DNA of 38,478 nucleotides from an uncultured Chlamydiae bacterium (GTDB lineage Bacteria; Chlamydiota; Chlamydiia; Chlamydiales; Rhabdochlamydiaceae): NCBI GenBank assembly GCA_945957075.1, contig CAMFJP010000001.1, positions 1 to 38,478 of the forward strand, read 5' to 3'. Shown piece by piece: positions 36,341 to 38,478 of this stretch (position 1 is its first letter; each line of letters starts with the position of its first letter). The notes under the pieces were generated by a model. It saw only the letters and a program-made list of their open reading frames with translations, ran no database searches and was not told where the DNA came from. The position numbers and the translations under genes were made by a program.

Positions 36341-36934
36341 CTAGCAAGAAAAACCCACAACGGCCGAATAACAAGCAATCAAATGCTCGACCCCCTGCAT
36401 GGCTCTATGGGGTGTAGACTCGGGAGGAATTCCATAAACCGCTGCAATCTTATCTTTAGAAAACCCGGTATTCCATGGAAGTTTTTTTTGCTCTTTTCGT
36501 CCAGAGCGCATACTCTCAGCCCAATACATCGAAGCCAAATCGAGCCAATGGTAGGGCAAATGGAGTCTCTCTTGGAGAGAGGGATCAATCAACTGAGCAA
36601 AAAAGCTACGATCAAATGAGGGGTTTTGACAAACAAATACAGCCTCCCCCCTTTTTATAGAATGTGCATTAAAATCTTTTTGAACAGATAAAGAGACCTC
36701 AGCAATCGGTATTCCAGCTTGCACTTCATCGTAAGTAAATCCATTAATAGCAAGACTTGCGGGATCACTTGCCTTCCAAGCGCTTTGTGTTTGATATACA
36801 ACCGCTTGAAATGAAGCCTCCTCAGCACCAGACCTTAAATCAATAATTTTATAGGCTATTTCAATAAGACAATGCCGATAGGGATTTAACCCATTTGTCT
36901 CGCTATCTAGAAAAATTCCCTTCATAAAATCCAT
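36341..36934 (-). CDS. DnaQ-like 3'-5' exonuclease (DEDD superfamily)
   Basis: Exo I IFLDSETNGL, Exo II QNPSFDRSFF, and His near the C-terminus (TPHRAMQGVEH). The track start 36985 is a GTG. ATG 36934 or 36925 places the DxE motif near the N-terminus, as is usual. Confidence 0.72.
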   Translation of the reverse strand: MDFMKGIFLDSETNGLNPYRHCLIEIAYKIIDLRSGAEEASFQAVVYQTQSAWKASDPASLAINGFTYDEVQAGIPIAEVSLSVQKDFNAHSIKRGEAVFVCQNPSFDRSFFAQLIDPSLQERLHLPYHWLDLASMYWAESMRSGRKEQKKLPWNTGFSKDKIAAVYGIPPESTPHRAMQGVEHLIACYSAVVGFSC

Positions 36935-36988
36935 TATAGCAAAGAGAATGCTCGAGAGAAAACAAAAAGATGTGATACGCTTCACAAC

Positions 36989-37417
36989 ATGGCGTTTTCA
37001 CAACAAAAGTTTCGAGAAATAGTCTTTCAGCTACTCTATAGCCGAGACTTTGCAGTCGACCCGGGTGAAGGGGGACTTTTTCTGCTGATGGAGCAGCTTG
37101 CTGTAACAAAAAAAATCGTCAGATTGGCTATGGAAAAGCAAGAGCAAATATGGGAAAAAAAAGAGACTCTAGACACACTTATTGCAAGTGTAGCACAAGA
37201 CTATAGCTTTGAAAGAATACCAAGAATTGAGCGCAACATCCTACGCCTTGGTGTGTTCGAACTCTTTCATAGCGGCGATGTCCCTCCAAAAGTTGCCATA
37301 TCGGAAGCGATTCGCCTATCTAGAAAATTTGCGACTCACGAAGCCGCAAACTTTGTTAACGCTCTTTTGGATGCGCTTTATGCTCCCTCCCCTGCAGAAC
37401 AATGTTCCGCTAAGTAG
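36989..37417 (+). CDS. nusB: Transcription antitermination factor NusB
   Basis: 142 aa: REIVFQLLYSRDF..., ERNILRLGVFEL..., INEAIRL-like SEAIRLSRKF, FVNALLDAL. Confidence 0.85.
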   Translation: MAFSQQKFREIVFQLLYSRDFAVDPGEGGLFLLMEQLAVTKKIVRLAMEKQEQIWEKKETLDTLIASVAQDYSFERIPRIERNILRLGVFELFHSGDVPPKVAISEAIRLSRKFATHEAANFVNALLDALYAPSPAEQCSAK

Positions 37418-38243
37418 ATTATCAACCTTTGGAATCGGAGGTCCAGCAGCCTACTATGCTGAGGCCAAGACAATCAAAGAGATGCAAGCGCTACTTTGTT
37501 ATGCAAAGGAGCATTCTCTCCCCTTTTTCGTCTTAGGCAAGGGCTCAAATTCTCTATTTGACGACAAAGGGTTTAATGGTCTTGTGATTGCAAATAAAAT
37601 TGCTTTTATGGAATGCAAGGACAATACCGTATTTGTCGGTGCAGGCTACAGCTTTTCTCTTTTAGGGACTCAACTTGCTAAAATGGGGCTTTCTGGACTT
37701 GAATTTGCAAGCGGCATCCCAGCAACCGTTGGAGGCGCCATCTACATGAATGCGGGAGCAAATGGCCAGCAGACCGCACATGCTCTCAAAGAAGTTACCT
37801 TTGTACATTCCGACACTAAAATACAAACTTTTACAAAAGAAGAACTCTTTTTTTCTTATAGAACATCCAGCTTTCAATCCATGAAGGGAGCCATTGTATC
37901 CGCAACCTTTACTCTGGAAAAGCAAGATTCTGCAAGAAACAGGCAATTAGAGATCATTGCGTATCGCAAAAAGACACAACCCTACAATGATCTGTCCTGT
38001 GGCTGCATTTTTCGAAACCCTCCCGGAGATTCCGCAGGAGCCCTTATCGAACGGTGCGGCCTTAAAGGGCACTCTTATGGAGGAGCTAGCGTCTCTCCCG
38101 TCCACGCCAATTTCATCGTTAACAAAGGTTTTGCCACCGCTGCTGACGTTTTAGCTCTTGCACAGCACATTAAAACCGAAGTTAATACGCGCACAGGCAT
38201 TGAGCTTGAAATGGAGGTACGCTTTGTCCCTTTTATCTCCTAA
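37380..38243 (+). CDS. murB: UDP-N-acetylenolpyruvoylglucosamine reductase
   Basis: The ORF opens at 37209 inside nusB. ATG 37380 (or 37371) gives MLPPLQNNVPLSRLSTFGIGGPA, the usual MurB N-terminus. GKGSNSLFDD FAD-binding region. Confidence 0.88.
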   Translation: MLPPLQNNVPLSRLSTFGIGGPAAYYAEAKTIKEMQALLCYAKEHSLPFFVLGKGSNSLFDDKGFNGLVIANKIAFMECKDNTVFVGAGYSFSLLGTQLAKMGLSGLEFASGIPATVGGAIYMNAGANGQQTAHALKEVTFVHSDTKIQTFTKEELFFSYRTSSFQSMKGAIVSATFTLEKQDSARNRQLEIIAYRKKTQPYNDLSCGCIFRNPPGDSAGALIERCGLKGHSYGGASVSPVHANFIVNKGFATAADVLALAQHIKTEVNTRTGIELEMEVRFVPFIS

Positions 38244-38478
38244 TTTTAGAGCCGATTTACACACACATACCACATGTTCCGACGGCATCTTAACACCAGA
38301 ACAGCTAATTAAGGAGGCAAAAAAACAGGGTCTATCTGGACTATCCATTACAGATCACGACACTCTCTCTGCCTACGAAACCGCCTTCCCTATTGCAGAA
38401 CAAGAAAACATCCTTCTTGGAACAGGCATCGAAATTTCCTCCTGGATGAAAGACACCTCAATACACATTTTAGGCCTG
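38224..38478 (+). CDS. PHP-domain phosphoesterase (TrpH/YciV-like), N-terminal 85 codons; continues past the right edge
   Basis: Manual translation gives ...NFRADLHTHTTCSDGILTPEQLIKEAKKQGLSGLSITDHDT... There is no ATG or GTG after the in-frame stop at 38152-38154. TTG 38224 is the best-placed start but is uncertain. Confidence 0.7.
   Translation, partial: MSLLSPNFRADLHTHTTCSDGILTPEQLIKEAKKQGLSGLSITDHDTLSAYETAFPIAEQENILLGTGIEISSWMKDTSIHILGL

Noticed and set aside
36329-36344. CTAGTT-TTTT-AACTAG hairpin at the exonuclease stop (minus strand) as a terminator
   Set aside because: The stem is 6 bp and AT-rich, so its stability is marginal even though T residues follow it. Not reported as a feature.
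37209-37379. N-terminal 57-codon extension of the murB ORF overlapping nusB
   Set aside because: The extension shows no MurB similarity and overlaps most of the 3' half of nusB. The internal ATG at 37380 reproduces the usual MurB N-terminus.
1-38478. Looked for CRISPR arrays, tRNA or rRNA genes, IS elements, integrases, toxin-antitoxin pairs and known defence-system signatures
   Set aside because: None was found by eye. The only repeats seen are the tandem gene duplication and the two palindromic or hairpin elements already reported.

Overview
This is a gene-dense 38.5-kb chromosomal segment with about 40 CDS. I saw no rRNA, tRNA, CRISPR array, transposase or integrase. Most of it is housekeeping: ffh-prmC-prfA-rpmE2, tadA, rpsO-pnp, rmlA, yidD, pheT, a ferredoxin/IscA pair, sucA-sucB, HIT, MYG1, tal, fabH-fabD-fabG-acpP, a NUDIX gene, a UvrD-type helicase, rpmH-rnpA, a DEDD exonuclease, nusB, murB and a PHP phosphoesterase. 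These gene orders, plus the MORN, HEAT and LysM accessory proteins, suggest a member of the Chlamydiae, possibly an environmental lineage. That assignment is inference from remembered synteny, not a search result. Two genes are missing from the ORF track and were found by hand: ffh (1..1014, minus strand, runs off the left edge) and rpmH (36152..36286, 44 aa). The parts that stand out are orphan loci wedged between housekeeping blocks, each with its own very AT-rich upstream region. (1) A 1214-aa unassignable protein (23456..27100) whose last ~425 codons plus terminator are tandemly duplicated as an intact 422-aa ORF (27247..28515). A palindrome flanked by 7-bp direct repeats sits at the duplication junction. 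(2) Two distant paralogs of an unrecognised family (13118..14458 and 32166..33887). (3) A ~165-nt rod-like hairpin in the largest intergenic gap (21262..21429). (4) An out-of-frame 91-nt rpmH/rnpA overlap. All functional ideas for the orphan genes (secreted effectors, Rossmann-like core, Cys/His module, IQ-like motif) are inference and need searches or experiments.
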